A stretch of 64,000 bases of DNA from the NCBI GenBank assembly GCA_033763455.1, contig JANRKO010000023.1, positions 64,001 through 128,000 of the forward strand. The letters are read 5' to 3'. Source of the stretch: Polyangiaceae bacterium (lineage in GTDB: Bacteria; Myxococcota_A; Polyangia; Polyangiales; Polyangiaceae). The position numbers and the translations under genes were made by a program. The first letter of the stretch is position 1. The number at the start of each line of letters is the position of its first letter. The notes below the pieces were generated by a model. That model saw nothing but the letters and a program-made list of their open reading frames with translations. It did no database searches and was not told the DNA's origin. Below, one piece after another: positions 38,465 to 48,729 of this stretch.

Positions 38465-38893
38465 TCAGCCCGAATCAGGAGGTACTCGGCGCCCGCTCTT
38501 TTTGTCCCCTATGCGCTTCTTCTGGGCCAAACGGACTTCGTTCGAGCGCCGCGACGGCTTGGTGGGGCGGCGCCTCCGAGGCACCACCAGGCTGGACCGC
38601 ACAAGCTCCGCTAGCAGGCCCAAGGCGAGCTCCAGGTTGCGAGGCTGGCTGCGCGCGGACTGACAGACAATCCGCAGGCGTCCCTCGGCGTCCAGGCGTC
38701 CAGACGCCAATGCCTTCAGGCGCTGCTTCACCTCTTCGGATAGCACGCGGCTTCCGCGCAGATCAAAGCGCAGCTCCACCTTGGTGGCGACCTTGTTTAC
38801 ATTCTGCCCACCGGGGCCGCCTGCACGAACGGCAGACCAAGACAGCTCAGCCGCAGGTATAGTTAGCTTGTGATTGACAACTAGATCCTGCAC
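38465..38893 (-). CDS. arfB: alternative ribosome-rescue peptidyl-tRNA hydrolase
   Basis: GGPGGQNVNKVATKVELRF GGQ motif, RSQPRN, basic tail RRRPTKPSR. Confidence 0.93.
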   Translation of the reverse strand: MQDLVVNHKLTIPAAELSWSAVRAGGPGGQNVNKVATKVELRFDLRGSRVLSEEVKQRLKALASGRLDAEGRLRIVCQSARSQPRNLELALGLLAELVRSSLVVPRRRRPTKPSRRSNEVRLAQKKRIGDKKSGRRVPPDSG

Positions 38894-38935
38894 GAAGGCT
38901 ACCGATCAAGAAAAAAGAGCCCGTGCAAGGACTGG

Positions 38936-39643
38936 CTAGCGCCTGGACATGGAGAGAATTAGGCGCAGGACATAAAAGAACAGCATTGCGACGGATGCAA
39001 AGAGCTGGAGCGCCGCCGAAACGTGGCGATCCGTGGGGAAGTGATGCAGCACGTTCGAGGTGTCGTAGAGAATCGCAGCCCCTGCAAACCCAATCATCGC
39101 CACGCTGAAGAAAGTGCCCAATTGGAAGCCGAAAATGGCCCCGGCAATTATCAGAACCAACGCAAGCAACCCGCCCCAACGCAACATGCCACCAAGAAAC
39201 GAAAAGTCCTTACGGGTGGTAAACACAACAGCCGAAAGCCCAGCAAAACCCAAGATGGTGACAATACCTGCAGACTGAATCGCGCCGGGGGCGACGGAAT
39301 TTGCCATCAACAAGATAGGAAGGAAAATGACGGCCTCCGCGAACACAAACCCAGTCAAAGCGGCATACTGAGCCAACTTGGACTGGGCCGAAAAAGCCAC
39401 GCGGCTCGCAAGCCAGCTAACCAAGATGAAACCGCCCATCATCACCAAAGGGCCACCAGCGAGTAGGGCCTGAGCCACGGGAAGCGCGAGGCCGAGCTGG
39501 AAAAGCGCGAACTCGATCGCCGTAAACAGCAAGATTGCACCGAACAGGTGATTGTAGGTGCGCACAATAAACCTGGCGCGGTCGTCCACCGTGGCACGTG
39601 CTGCTGGTCTACTTACGCCTGCATATCCATAACTCTGGGCCAT
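38936..39643 (-). CDS. Bax inhibitor-1/YccA family membrane protein
   Basis: 7 TM; RARFIVRTY, KDFSFLG, ILYDTSN, AALQLFASV. Confidence 0.88.
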   Translation of the reverse strand: MAQSYGYAGVSRPAARATVDDRARFIVRTYNHLFGAILLFTAIEFALFQLGLALPVAQALLAGGPLVMMGGFILVSWLASRVAFSAQSKLAQYAALTGFVFAEAVIFLPILLMANSVAPGAIQSAGIVTILGFAGLSAVVFTTRKDFSFLGGMLRWGGLLALVLIIAGAIFGFQLGTFFSVAMIGFAGAAILYDTSNVLHHFPTDRHVSAALQLFASVAMLFFYVLRLILSMSRR

Positions 39644-39871
39644 TGCAAAGATCCTTAATCGAGGTTTTTTTACCGCAACGGCGCTCACCCTAACACACAT
39701 CGCTTCAACCGCACGGGAGGGGCGATCCGTCGCGCATTGAACGATTTGTACCGACACCTTCTCTCAGTCGGCCTCGGGGCTGATTAACCTGCGCAAAAAA
39801 CCTTATGCTTTCGGCGGTTTCCGTGCGCCAAATACTGCTGAAGACTACCGTCTGCCGGCCGTTGATCCACC

Positions 39872-41929
39872 GTGTCCACCGACCTCGCGTCCACTATGCC
39901 ACCGCCCGCCTCTCCCGAGCGCCCGGGGCGATCGCGCGTTCTGGTGGTGGATGATCAACCGGTGGTGCGAGAGCTCTTGATTGAACTCCTGGCAAACCCC
40001 GACCGCGTAGTGCTCGGCGCGGCAACAGTCAAAGAAGCCTTGCGCGTCGCCTCCGAAAACGCACCGATTCATGTTGCGTTGGTAGATCGCGATTTGCCCG
40101 ATGGCTCGGGGATTGACCTCGCTCGCAAGCTCCTAATATCAACTCCCAATCTGGAAATAATCTTAACCAGCGTTTCGCCGACCGTGCAATCAGCCATCGA
40201 AGCCGTGGAGGTTGGCGCTCACGACTACCTGACCAAGCCGTTCGAAGACATCGCCCAAGTGGAAGTCCGCGTCCGGCGCGCAGAGCAGCAGGCACACTTG
40301 GCCAGGGAGCGCCATGAGCTGCACGATGCATTACGCAAAAGCGAAGAGCGCTATCGCAAGCTGTTTGCTGCCTCACCTGACGCCATAGTCGTGTACGAGC
40401 CGGCCACGGGCATTATACGCGAAGTGAACGACGCCGCCGCGCGCCTCTATAAAACCAGCGCAACCGAGCTCGTAGGCCAAACTGTAGCAAAGCTGCGCCA
40501 CACCGATGTGTTGCCCGAAAGCTCACCGGATTCTCACAGAAGTGCCGAACGGGAAGGCATCACCGCTCGGGTCGATCGCCGTATGGATGGAAGCCCGATT
40601 GAGGTTGAGGTTTCTGAAGGCAATTTTGGCGACGCACGCCAGGGCCTTACCATCGAGGTGATTCGCGATATCCGAGAACGCGTGCGAGCCGAGCAAAAGC
40701 GGAGGGAGCTCGAAGGTCAGCTGAGGCAAGCGCATAAGATGGAAGCGCTCGGGCTCTTAGCTGGCGGCATTGCGCACGACTTCAACAACCTACTAGCCGT
40801 CATCATCAACTACTCTTCCTTTGTGCGCGACCAATTGAGCCGGCGCGCGGATGCCGTTTCGCTCGAACGCGAGGTGGAAGACGTTGAACAAATCCTCCAA
40901 GCAGCGAACTCGGCAGCTTCTGTTACTCGACAACTCCTAGCTTTCAGTCGCAGAGAGGTGCACGCCCCGGAGGTTGTTGACATCAACTCCGTCATTCGCT
41001 CGCTTGAAAAATTGGTGCGTCATACGCTTGGTGAGCACGTGGATCTCATCACGGAGCTCGGTGATAATTTGCCGTATGTGAGGGTAGATCGCGCCCAGTT
41101 TGAGCAGGTTGTAATCAATCTTGCGGTGAACGCTCGGGACGCGATCGCGGAAACGGGATGGGTCATTCTGCGTAGCGAGTTTATTCCGAAGAACTCTGAT
41201 GAAGGTGGAGCAGGCGAAGGCAGGCTAGTGTTCAGCGTCACAGACAACGGCGCCGGAATTAATCCCTCCGATATGGATCACATCTTCGACCCGTTCTTCA
41301 CCACCAAAGCACCCGGCAGCGGCACGGGGCTCGGCCTTTCAACAGTAAAGGGCATCGTCGAACAAGCTGGTGGGCAAATCAGTGTGACGTCCGAAGTAGG
41401 CCGCCAAACGACGTTCTTCGTATCCTTGCCGCCCACCCAAGAATCCGCAACCCGACACGTTCAAGCAGTACCAAGCCGAAAGTCTGCCGGTGGGGAAACC
41501 ATCTTACTCGTTGACGATGACAGTGCGGTAAGAAGAGCCGCAGCCCGCATTCTGGGTGCAGCCGGCTACAAGATCCTTGAAGCTCAGTCTGGGGCCGAAG
41601 CCCTCGCTCTGCACGAGCGACTGGGTAACCGCGTGGACCTGCTGCTCACCGATGTGATGATGCCGCGCATGTCAGGTGATGAACTCGCGGAAATGTTGAT
41701 CGCACGCCAGCCAGATCTCCGGGTGATCTTTCTCACCGGATTTGCGAGCCAAGCTATTGCCGACCTCGCCAGTCGCAACGCGCACATGGAGCTGCAGTTG
41801 AAGCCCTTCCAGAACGACGGCTTACTCACGCTCGTGCGAGAGATGCTTGATCGCCATTTGCCACCGCGCGTCCCCTCGCTGCTTCCTCCCACGAACAAGC
41901 TTAGGACGAACCAGGGAGGGCAGGAATGA
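39872..41929 (+). CDS. hybrid sensor histidine kinase (REC-PAS-HisKA-HATPase-REC)
   Basis: VLVVDD...VD...KPF; PAS; GGIAHDFNNLL H-box; NARDA, DNGAG, FFTTK, GTGLGL; C-terminal REC. Confidence 0.93.
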   Translation: MSTDLASTMPPPASPERPGRSRVLVVDDQPVVRELLIELLANPDRVVLGAATVKEALRVASENAPIHVALVDRDLPDGSGIDLARKLLISTPNLEIILTSVSPTVQSAIEAVEVGAHDYLTKPFEDIAQVEVRVRRAEQQAHLARERHELHDALRKSEERYRKLFAASPDAIVVYEPATGIIREVNDAAARLYKTSATELVGQTVAKLRHTDVLPESSPDSHRSAEREGITARVDRRMDGSPIEVEVSEGNFGDARQGLTIEVIRDIRERVRAEQKRRELEGQLRQAHKMEALGLLAGGIAHDFNNLLAVIINYSSFVRDQLSRRADAVSLEREVEDVEQILQAANSAASVTRQLLAFSRREVHAPEVVDINSVIRSLEKLVRHTLGEHVDLITELGDNLPYVRVDRAQFEQVVINLAVNARDAIAETGWVILRSEFIPKNSDEGGAGEGRLVFSVTDNGAGINPSDMDHIFDPFFTTKAPGSGTGLGLSTVKGIVEQAGGQISVTSEVGRQTTFFVSLPPTQESATRHVQAVPSRKSAGGETILLVDDDSAVRRAAARILGAAGYKILEAQSGAEALALHERLGNRVDLLLTDVMMPRMSGDELAEMLIARQPDLRVIFLTGFASQAIADLASRNAHMELQLKPFQNDGLLTLVREMLDRHLPPRVPSLLPPTNKLRTNQGGQE

Positions 41930-43764
41930 CTCTAAAGCTCAAGCTGATCGTTATCATCTTATTCGTTGCCGTCGTTCCACTCACGGTGTCAGCCGTATCC
42001 TCGTTTGGGGTGCATCAGGTCGCGTTTGACGCCGAAGTCACCCAAAATCAGCAAAATACAGCAATTTTCTCGGCCGAGGCCGGTGACGAGTACCTAGAAC
42101 ATCGACGCTCAAGCTTTGAGATCTTAGCGAGCCAAAGCATCGATTGGCCGAGCTTATCCGCGCCTGAACGAGAAGCGGCCATGTGGATGGCGTATCGAAC
42201 CTCGGAAGACGTCGCAGCCGTCGTATTACTCGCAGCCGACACCACCCCCATCACACGTGCATTCGCGGACACGCCGAACCGCGCCGACGATACCGCCGGA
42301 CATCTTGCAGTCTCACCATCCAGCTTTTCAAGCATGCTCACGCAAGCACGCCAACTCGTATCAGACGGAAAGAACGAGAGGTTTGGCGCGCCGTTTCGAC
42401 TTCCCGGCTATCCGAATCCCTTCGTGTCGCTGCGGGTTCCCACTTCTACAAACGGGGAAACGTTGGTTGTTACGCTGTCCCTCACCCGCTTCTGCGAGAG
42501 GCTCGTCAAGGGTACCCGTCTTGAGCTCGTGCTGTTCGATCCCAAAGGGACCGTCATTTGCCGTTCCCCCTCGGCACAGGCACCCGACGTCCGGGGGCTC
42601 GCCGGGCTGTTCTCTGGCAACAGAACCTCTGGGCGTTATGTTGCAAACGGACAAGAGCTCCTGGCCGCAGGAGCGCTTTCGAGCCTCGGTTGGACCATGG
42701 TTGTCCAGCAACCCACCGCAACCGCTTTTGCGTCCAGCCGCAACATTCGCAACCAGACTTTGTTCTGGATCGCGACGAGCCTATTTATCGCCATTTGTGC
42801 AGGTTGGGTGTTAGCACGCGGCATCACCCGCCCCATGGGGCAGCTCCTCGAAGGCACCCAAGCCCTGGCGAAAGGCCAACTGCACCACCGCATCAAGATG
42901 CAGGAGAAAGATGAATTCGGCGCCCTCGCGGCGGCTTTTGACCAAATGAGCGAAGAGATCGCGCTCCGCGACGGCGAGATCCGAAAGTACAACGAAGAGC
43001 TTCAGGCCCGAGTGGAAGAGCGCACCTCCGACCTCGTTCGAGCCCATGAGCAACTGCTCCAGTCGCAGCGCGTTGCCGCTGTAGGCGCATTGGGTGCCGG
43101 GCTGGCCGAGGAGGTAAACAATGCACTCACCGGCGTGCTTGGTGTGTCCCAACTCCTCTTGATGCGCGCACGGCGCGACCCTAGTCGCGAAAAGGAAGTT
43201 GAATTACTCGAAAGCGCCGAAAAAGAGGCACTCCACATCCGCGACGTGGTCGCCAAGCTCCAACGGCTCACCAAGGGCCAGGGGCTCACCAACCTGAGCG
43301 ACGTAGCCCCCAATGATCTTCTGGATGCCACGCTGAGTTTGGTAAAGCGGGACCCTTCAACCTCGATGATCCGCTTCCTGCCGGAATATACGCGCGATTT
43401 GCCCAAAGTGCGCGGCAACTTCATGCAGCTTCAGCGTGGCGTGCTGCAAATCCTGATGAACGCTATCGAATCCTGCAGCGCAGATAGTGGGCGCGTCACA
43501 TTGCGGAGCCAACTCGGCGCCGACGGCAGCGTGGAACTTTCGATCTCCGACAACGGCCACGGCATCGACCCCAAGGATATGCAGCGGATCTTCGAGCCAT
43601 TTTTCACAACAGCGAAGGACCGCGAAGGCCGTGGGATGGGGCTGGCCATCGCCGCAAGAATCGTCGAAGATCACCGTGGGCGCATCTCGGTTGAGAGCGA
43701 ACCCGACGAAGGTACGACGGTGACAATCTCGTTTCCCCCAAGAGCCAGCGAGGCGGTAGCTTGA
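41926..43764 (+). CDS. membrane sensor with HAMP and histidine-kinase domains, phospho-His replaced by Glu
   Basis: 2 TM, HAMP (DEFGALAAAFDQM), H-box AGLAEEVNNAL, NAIES, DNGHG, FFTT, GMGL. Confidence 0.85.
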   Translation: MTLKLKLIVIILFVAVVPLTVSAVSSFGVHQVAFDAEVTQNQQNTAIFSAEAGDEYLEHRRSSFEILASQSIDWPSLSAPEREAAMWMAYRTSEDVAAVVLLAADTTPITRAFADTPNRADDTAGHLAVSPSSFSSMLTQARQLVSDGKNERFGAPFRLPGYPNPFVSLRVPTSTNGETLVVTLSLTRFCERLVKGTRLELVLFDPKGTVICRSPSAQAPDVRGLAGLFSGNRTSGRYVANGQELLAAGALSSLGWTMVVQQPTATAFASSRNIRNQTLFWIATSLFIAICAGWVLARGITRPMGQLLEGTQALAKGQLHHRIKMQEKDEFGALAAAFDQMSEEIALRDGEIRKYNEELQARVEERTSDLVRAHEQLLQSQRVAAVGALGAGLAEEVNNALTGVLGVSQLLLMRARRDPSREKEVELLESAEKEALHIRDVVAKLQRLTKGQGLTNLSDVAPNDLLDATLSLVKRDPSTSMIRFLPEYTRDLPKVRGNFMQLQRGVLQILMNAIESCSADSGRVTLRSQLGADGSVELSISDNGHGIDPKDMQRIFEPFFTTAKDREGRGMGLAIAARIVEDHRGRISVESEPDEGTTVTISFPPRASEAVA

Positions 43765-44684
43765 AGACCCGCATCTTGCTTGCCATCGCGCTTACGCTGC
43801 TAACCCTTGGTGCGGCCTATGGGGTACAGCGCGTGCTTTTCAAATCCCCACCGGAATCCGCAGTGGCAGTGGGCTCCGCTCCGGACCCGAACACGAAAGC
43901 AAAAGCTAACACTTTGGGCCAAGCCACCGCTTTGGAAGTTTTGGGCCAAGTGCAGCGCAAAGATGCGCAAGGTCACTGGGTCGACATCCGCGTAGGAGAC
44001 CGCCTCGACATCGACACCGTTGTGAGAACAAGCAGAGGAGCCTCTGCCCGCCTCGCCGTCGGCGAAAACGTGGTGGTTGAAGTACCCGAAGAAGCGGAGC
44101 TCGCGGTTGCTGAGGTCTCCGAGGGTTTGTCTCGTGTTCGGCTCGATGACGGGCGCATTGCATCCTTCGTGAAGAGCAAAGAAGGCTTTCAGTTGCGGGT
44201 CGAATTCCAGGGCAGTGACGTCAAAGCCGAGACCTCAGGCGGCGCGTTTTACGCCATGAAGCAAGGCGCAGGCCCGATTTCGGTTGCTTCTAAGGAGGGC
44301 ACCACCCGGGTCTCGTCCCAGGCTGGCGCCGTTGCCGTGGGAGCTGGCGAGCAAACGGTAGTAGAGCCCGGCAAAGCTCCAAGCGTGCCGGTGAAGATCC
44401 CAACTTCACTTCTACTCAAATTGGGGCGGATCCCCTCACAATTGCGTACCCGAGAGACGACCATTCAGGGGTCGACCAGCCCTGGTGCAATTGTGAGCCT
44501 GAATGGAGAGCGTACAACCGCCAACGCCGATGGTCAGTTCGAGCAGCATGTTGCGCTTCAAGAAGGGGAAAACGCGCTGACCGTGGAAGTCGTAGACGCT
44601 GTTGGCAGGAAGCAGAAGCAAGATCTGCCCAAAATCCGGGTCGACTCACGTCCACCCAACGTTGTCGGAAAGGTTAAATGGTAA
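43761..44684 (+). CDS. FecR-like domain protein with C-terminal Ig-like domain
   Basis: N-terminal TM; GDRL...VRT..GASARL FecR pattern; GSTSPGAIVSLNG...LQEGEN Ig-like; TTGA overlap. Confidence 0.7.
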   Translation: MKTRILLAIALTLLTLGAAYGVQRVLFKSPPESAVAVGSAPDPNTKAKANTLGQATALEVLGQVQRKDAQGHWVDIRVGDRLDIDTVVRTSRGASARLAVGENVVVEVPEEAELAVAEVSEGLSRVRLDDGRIASFVKSKEGFQLRVEFQGSDVKAETSGGAFYAMKQGAGPISVASKEGTTRVSSQAGAVAVGAGEQTVVEPGKAPSVPVKIPTSLLLKLGRIPSQLRTRETTIQGSTSPGAIVSLNGERTTANADGQFEQHVALQEGENALTVEVVDAVGRKQKQDLPKIRVDSRPPNVVGKVKW

Positions 44685-46741
44685 CCTGCGCGCGACGTGC
44701 CCAGCGTTTGCGCGATCCCCACCTTGGCGCACGGCGCTGCTATATCCACGACCGAGGCAAAGTCCCCGATACGCGCGCCGCCGTGCAGTACTATCGACTA
44801 TTCGTAGTCTTTCTGTTCCTCACGGCGTCCTTGGCTGGGCTTAGGCCGGCCCGCGCTGATTCCTTTGACGTAGATGCCTCCGCTCCAATAGTTGGCGATG
44901 GGGCGACGGAGGTGCGGCTCCCGATCAAAAGTGCCCAGGGTGCCAGCATCCCGGCGTCCCAGGTGCGGGCAACCGTGAGCGCCGGCAGCATCCATGTCGT
45001 GGCGAATCCCAAGGGAACGGCCGAATTAGTTTTCCTACCTCCCGCTGTCGTGGAGAAATGGACGGCAACCTTGGATGTCACTGTCGTTGGCTTCAAGCCG
45101 TCGTTGCGCACAGCGCGTATTCGCCTTGTGCCGCCCCGACACCCGCTTCTCTACACGACGACAAGGAGCAATGAGGGGCCGGACAGCATTGAACTCAAGG
45201 TGCCGAAATCATTCATCTTGGGCGAGCATGGATCCGCGCAAATTACAGTTCGAGGTTTTGAGGAACAGCCTCTTTTGTCAGTAAATACGGGGCGCGTGTC
45301 TGAATTGCGCCCGAAGGGAAAAGGCACCTGGACAGCAACGTTCTCCCCCCCCGAAGGCGGCTTTCCACAGCGAGTGCTTGTAGTCGTGGGCTCTGAAGAA
45401 GGAAGCCAAGTACATTTTACCCATTTCGATTTGTTGGGGCGACCAACCATAGAAACGCAAAGCGAACCTGGTGCCACCGTGCAGGTTCAGGTGGGAGGGC
45501 AGACCTTTGGTCCCATGCGCGCTGATTCACGCGGGAAGCTGCGCATGATGGTGTTGGCCCCGCCGGGGGTGGTCCATGCGGACGTCACGGCCACCGATCC
45601 TTTAGGCAACGCGCGCGCAATGAATGTGCCGCTCGGAGCCCCCGACTTCAATCGGGTTCAGGTCTTCTGCCCCGAACACTCCGGAAGGTTCCTCGTGCTT
45701 GGCACGGCCCCGGATGGCACGCTGCTCCAGACCTTTGACGGCAAGATAACGGCAAGTACTGGCAGCCTTACAGACCTTATCCCCGTAATACCAGGGCTTT
45801 TTGAATCCGAACTCAGCGTACCAGAGAGCACGAATCCAGAAACGAAAATTCAACTCCAAGCGAGCCTCACGGGCAGCCCAGCATCCGTGGCAAGCTGCCT
45901 AACTCCGGTTCCGGGGGAGTCACCCGTAGCCGCTCGGCTGACGCCAGACCGCGGCGAGTATCACCTTGATGAGGGCGAGGTGACGCTAGAACTGAAGCTC
46001 ACCTATCCGGGGGAGCTCGAGCCACGCCCCGTAGCACCCCGTATCACGGCGGACCACGGCAAGGTCTCCGACATCATTCGAGTTGACGCTTCCACATTCA
46101 CCGCTCGTTGGACTCCTCCACCGCGCATGGAAGGCGTTGAGGTGGTGCGATTCACGGCCCAGGTTGGCCGCACTTCCGTCCTTTCCGCAAACGCGGAGCT
46201 TCCTGTACTCGATTCAGGGCCACAAGCGAGCGCACCTCTCGGCACCACAATCAAAGCCATAGCACACGCGGGGTATCTCACGAATCAAGAAAGGGTGTCT
46301 TCACCTTACCTTGCCGTTGGGGCGAGCGTGAGTCTGCCTTTCCTTTCGCATCGGGTGGCCGCCGGACTTGAATCTGGCTGGTTCTTGGACGACCGGAAAG
46401 CACGCGCAGACACCGGCGAATTTGTGGACTTGCAGGTGCTCGGGTTTCCAGTGAGCGCTCGCCTCACGTTCGAAGAGAGATTTGATCGACTTGTGCCATA
46501 CGGGGGTATCGGTTTTGGCGTGTTGCTCACCCGTCTGCAATCAAGATCCCCCTCAACCGGTCTAAGTGGTCGCTCGCAAATAGTTCCCCTAGGCCGGGTG
46601 CTCGTTGGTGCGCTGTACGATCTTCCGGTGGGTCAGGCAGGCATTGAGGGCGGTTACATCCATTGCTGGCTGAGGGAGCTTGGGTTCGTTGGCGAAGTGT
46701 GTGGCGTAAACATAACGGCCACCTACCATTACTCGTTTTAG
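44678..46741 (+). CDS. secreted Ig-like repeat protein with C-terminal outer-membrane beta-barrel
   Basis: Signal peptide ending ARA; beta-rich repeats (GTWTATFSPP, TFTARWTPP); PYGGIGFG; terminal YHYSF. Start uncertain. Confidence 0.6.
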   Translation: MVTCARRAQRLRDPHLGARRCYIHDRGKVPDTRAAVQYYRLFVVFLFLTASLAGLRPARADSFDVDASAPIVGDGATEVRLPIKSAQGASIPASQVRATVSAGSIHVVANPKGTAELVFLPPAVVEKWTATLDVTVVGFKPSLRTARIRLVPPRHPLLYTTTRSNEGPDSIELKVPKSFILGEHGSAQITVRGFEEQPLLSVNTGRVSELRPKGKGTWTATFSPPEGGFPQRVLVVVGSEEGSQVHFTHFDLLGRPTIETQSEPGATVQVQVGGQTFGPMRADSRGKLRMMVLAPPGVVHADVTATDPLGNARAMNVPLGAPDFNRVQVFCPEHSGRFLVLGTAPDGTLLQTFDGKITASTGSLTDLIPVIPGLFESELSVPESTNPETKIQLQASLTGSPASVASCLTPVPGESPVAARLTPDRGEYHLDEGEVTLELKLTYPGELEPRPVAPRITADHGKVSDIIRVDASTFTARWTPPPRMEGVEVVRFTAQVGRTSVLSANAELPVLDSGPQASAPLGTTIKAIAHAGYLTNQERVSSPYLAVGASVSLPFLSHRVAAGLESGWFLDDRKARADTGEFVDLQVLGFPVSARLTFEERFDRLVPYGGIGFGVLLTRLQSRSPSTGLSGRSQIVPLGRVLVGALYDLPVGQAGIEGGYIHCWLRELGFVGEVCGVNITATYHYSF

Positions 46742-46761
46742 TGCCCGCGCTCGCGCATCGG

Positions 46762-47622
46762 TCAATGGAAGGTAAAATTGCCGCTCAATGTCGGCAGCAG
46801 GAAACGAAGCGAATAGCGCTCATCCACCGTGTCTCGCGTCACGCTGGCGTACGTGAGGCGAAAAGCTACCCCCAGGCTGCCCTGCTCCCCTACCCAGCCT
46901 TCCCAGCCGCCACCTGCACCCAACGCTAGGCCTCCAGCATCAGAGGTTCGATCACTTTTGTCCGAGAGACTACCTGTAGCGAGGCCTGCAAACGCCTGCA
47001 CGAACCACGGTCCTTCGGCGTCTAAATAGTAGTTTACAAAAAGCGGCACCACTCCAAGATTCACGGAGTGCGATGCCCTCTTATTGATCCCCCAAAACAT
47101 GAAGCCCGAGCCCACAACAAATCCTGGCGTGGGAGTGCCACCCAGCAGAAGTTCACCCGTAGAAGCAAGCCCCTTGATCGTTCCCGAGCCAAACTCCGAG
47201 AGCAGAGAACCTGGAGGGACCAAGGTTGGGCGGAGCGTTGCGCGCCCGGGCCCGAACCCAAGCGACACGCGCGCAAAGAAGCCGTCGTGACGGTATATTG
47301 AAAGATCCTCCCGCACCTTTTCGGCGGGAGGCTGGGCACCCAAGGTGGGCATGCCTTGAATTGGCGGGATGTAAACGTATGGGGCAGGCGCGGCAGGTTG
47401 TCCCGCAGATGGCACTCCAGTTGCCGGAGGAGGCACCGCACTTGCTGCGGGTGGCACCGCACTTGCTGCGGGTGGCACCGCACTTGCTGCGGGTGGCACC
47501 GCACTCGGCACGGCCCCTTCGGCAGGCACAGTTTCCCCCGGCGGCGGAGCCGATGGGGCTGGCTGGGCCAGGGCTGAAAGCGGAAACAGACCAACAAGGG
47601 CCAGGGCACACGTGCACCGCAT
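46762..47622 (-). CDS. outer-membrane beta-barrel protein with Pro-rich N-terminal linker
   Basis: Signal peptide ALA-Q; Pro/Ala linker; HDGFFARVSLG start of barrel; alternating beta strands; ends FTFH. Confidence 0.7.
   Translation of the reverse strand: MRCTCALALVGLFPLSALAQPAPSAPPPGETVPAEGAVPSAVPPAASAVPPAASAVPPAASAVPPPATGVPSAGQPAAPAPYVYIPPIQGMPTLGAQPPAEKVREDLSIYRHDGFFARVSLGFGPGRATLRPTLVPPGSLLSEFGSGTIKGLASTGELLLGGTPTPGFVVGSGFMFWGINKRASHSVNLGVVPLFVNYYLDAEGPWFVQAFAGLATGSLSDKSDRTSDAGGLALGAGGGWEGWVGEQGSLGVAFRLTYASVTRDTVDERYSLRFLLPTLSGNFTFH
47432..47505. repeat. 21-bp tandem repeat, 3.5 copies (encodes SAVPPAA on - strand)
   Basis: GGCACCGCACTTGCTGCGGGT at 47432, 47453, 47474; partial at 47495. 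Confidence 0.9.
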
Positions 47623-47680
47623 GCTCTTTCGTAGACCTGCCGGGCGCCCTTGTCTAGGGTTCAGCCGGAGTCTTTATCGC

Positions 47681-48571
47681 ATGGTCTCGGAAATTTTCGA
47701 TAGCTCTCGCTATCGGAGCGTGGACGAATTCAACTTCACCGATATCACCTACCACAGGGCGCTTGAGCACGGCACCGTGCGCATTTCCATCAATCGACCC
47801 GACGTGCGCAACGCATTTCGCCCGCGCACCGTGGACGAGCTGTATCAAGCCCTCGATCACGCCCGGCAATGGAGTGATGTGGGATGTGTGCTGTTAACAG
47901 GAAACGGCCCATCACCTAAAGATGGTGGGTGGGCATTCTGCGCCGGCGGCGATCAGCGCATCCGAGGCAAGAGTGGTTACCAATATGAAGAGGGCGGCCA
48001 AGCGGATCCGGCTCGGCTCGGGCGGCTCCACATCCTAGAAGTCCAGCGGCTAATCCGCTTCATGCCAAAGGTAGTTATCTGCGTCGTGCCGGGCTGGGCT
48101 GTCGGTGGCGGCCACAGCTTGCATGTGGTGTGCGATCTTACGCTTGCCAGTTCGGAGCACGCCCGCTTTAAACAAACCGACGCCGATGTCGCGAGTTTCG
48201 ACGGTGGGTTCGGATCCGCATATTTGGCCCGCCAGGTCGGGCAAAAGCGCGCTCGTGAGATCTTTTTTCTGGGGCGTACGTATTCGGCGCAAGAGGCGTT
48301 CGAAATGGGGATGGTCAACGCTGTGGTTCCTCACGCCGACCTCGAGGAAACGGCGCTCAACTGGGCTCGCGAGATCAACGCCAAAAGTCCAACAGCCCAG
48401 CGCATGCTTAAATACGCGTTCAACCTCATCGATGACGGCCTCGTTGGCCAGCAACTCTTCGCCGGCGAAGCCACGCGCCTTGCTTATGGCACCGAGGAAG
48501 CCGCAGAAGGCCGTGACGCATTTCTTGAAAAACGTGAAAAGGACTTCGGCCGATTCCCTTGGTACTACTGA
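47681..48571 (+). CDS. menB: 1,4-dihydroxy-2-naphthoyl-CoA synthase
   Basis: RNAFRP, FCAGGDQRIRG, GWAVGGGHSLHVVCD, SFDGGFGS, EGRDAFLEKR; start ATG 47681. Confidence 0.95.
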   Translation: MVSEIFDSSRYRSVDEFNFTDITYHRALEHGTVRISINRPDVRNAFRPRTVDELYQALDHARQWSDVGCVLLTGNGPSPKDGGWAFCAGGDQRIRGKSGYQYEEGGQADPARLGRLHILEVQRLIRFMPKVVICVVPGWAVGGGHSLHVVCDLTLASSEHARFKQTDADVASFDGGFGSAYLARQVGQKRAREIFFLGRTYSAQEAFEMGMVNAVVPHADLEETALNWAREINAKSPTAQRMLKYAFNLIDDGLVGQQLFAGEATRLAYGTEEAAEGRDAFLEKREKDFGRFPWYY

Positions 48572-48729
48572 AGATTCGGTTTTGAGTTTTGGGTAGAAAG
48601 AGGCCAAAAGGTGCGGCGGGGGCGAAGTACCTTGCCCAGAACGCACCGACGACAACACACCCACACCTACAGCACCGCAACAAGCAGATCGACCCGAATT
48701 TCCACCATTTCTTGGCCGGTCCATGCTGC

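Noticed and set aside
47432..47505. Possible CRISPR array
   Set aside because: Repeats are contiguous without spacers, in frame within a CDS, and no cas genes are present.
47061..47657. Alternative-frame ORFs with QQVRCHP, CGATRSK, HRTCCGW repeats (RiPP- or metallothionein-looking)
   Set aside because: All are other-frame readings of the 21-bp VNTR inside the beta-barrel gene.
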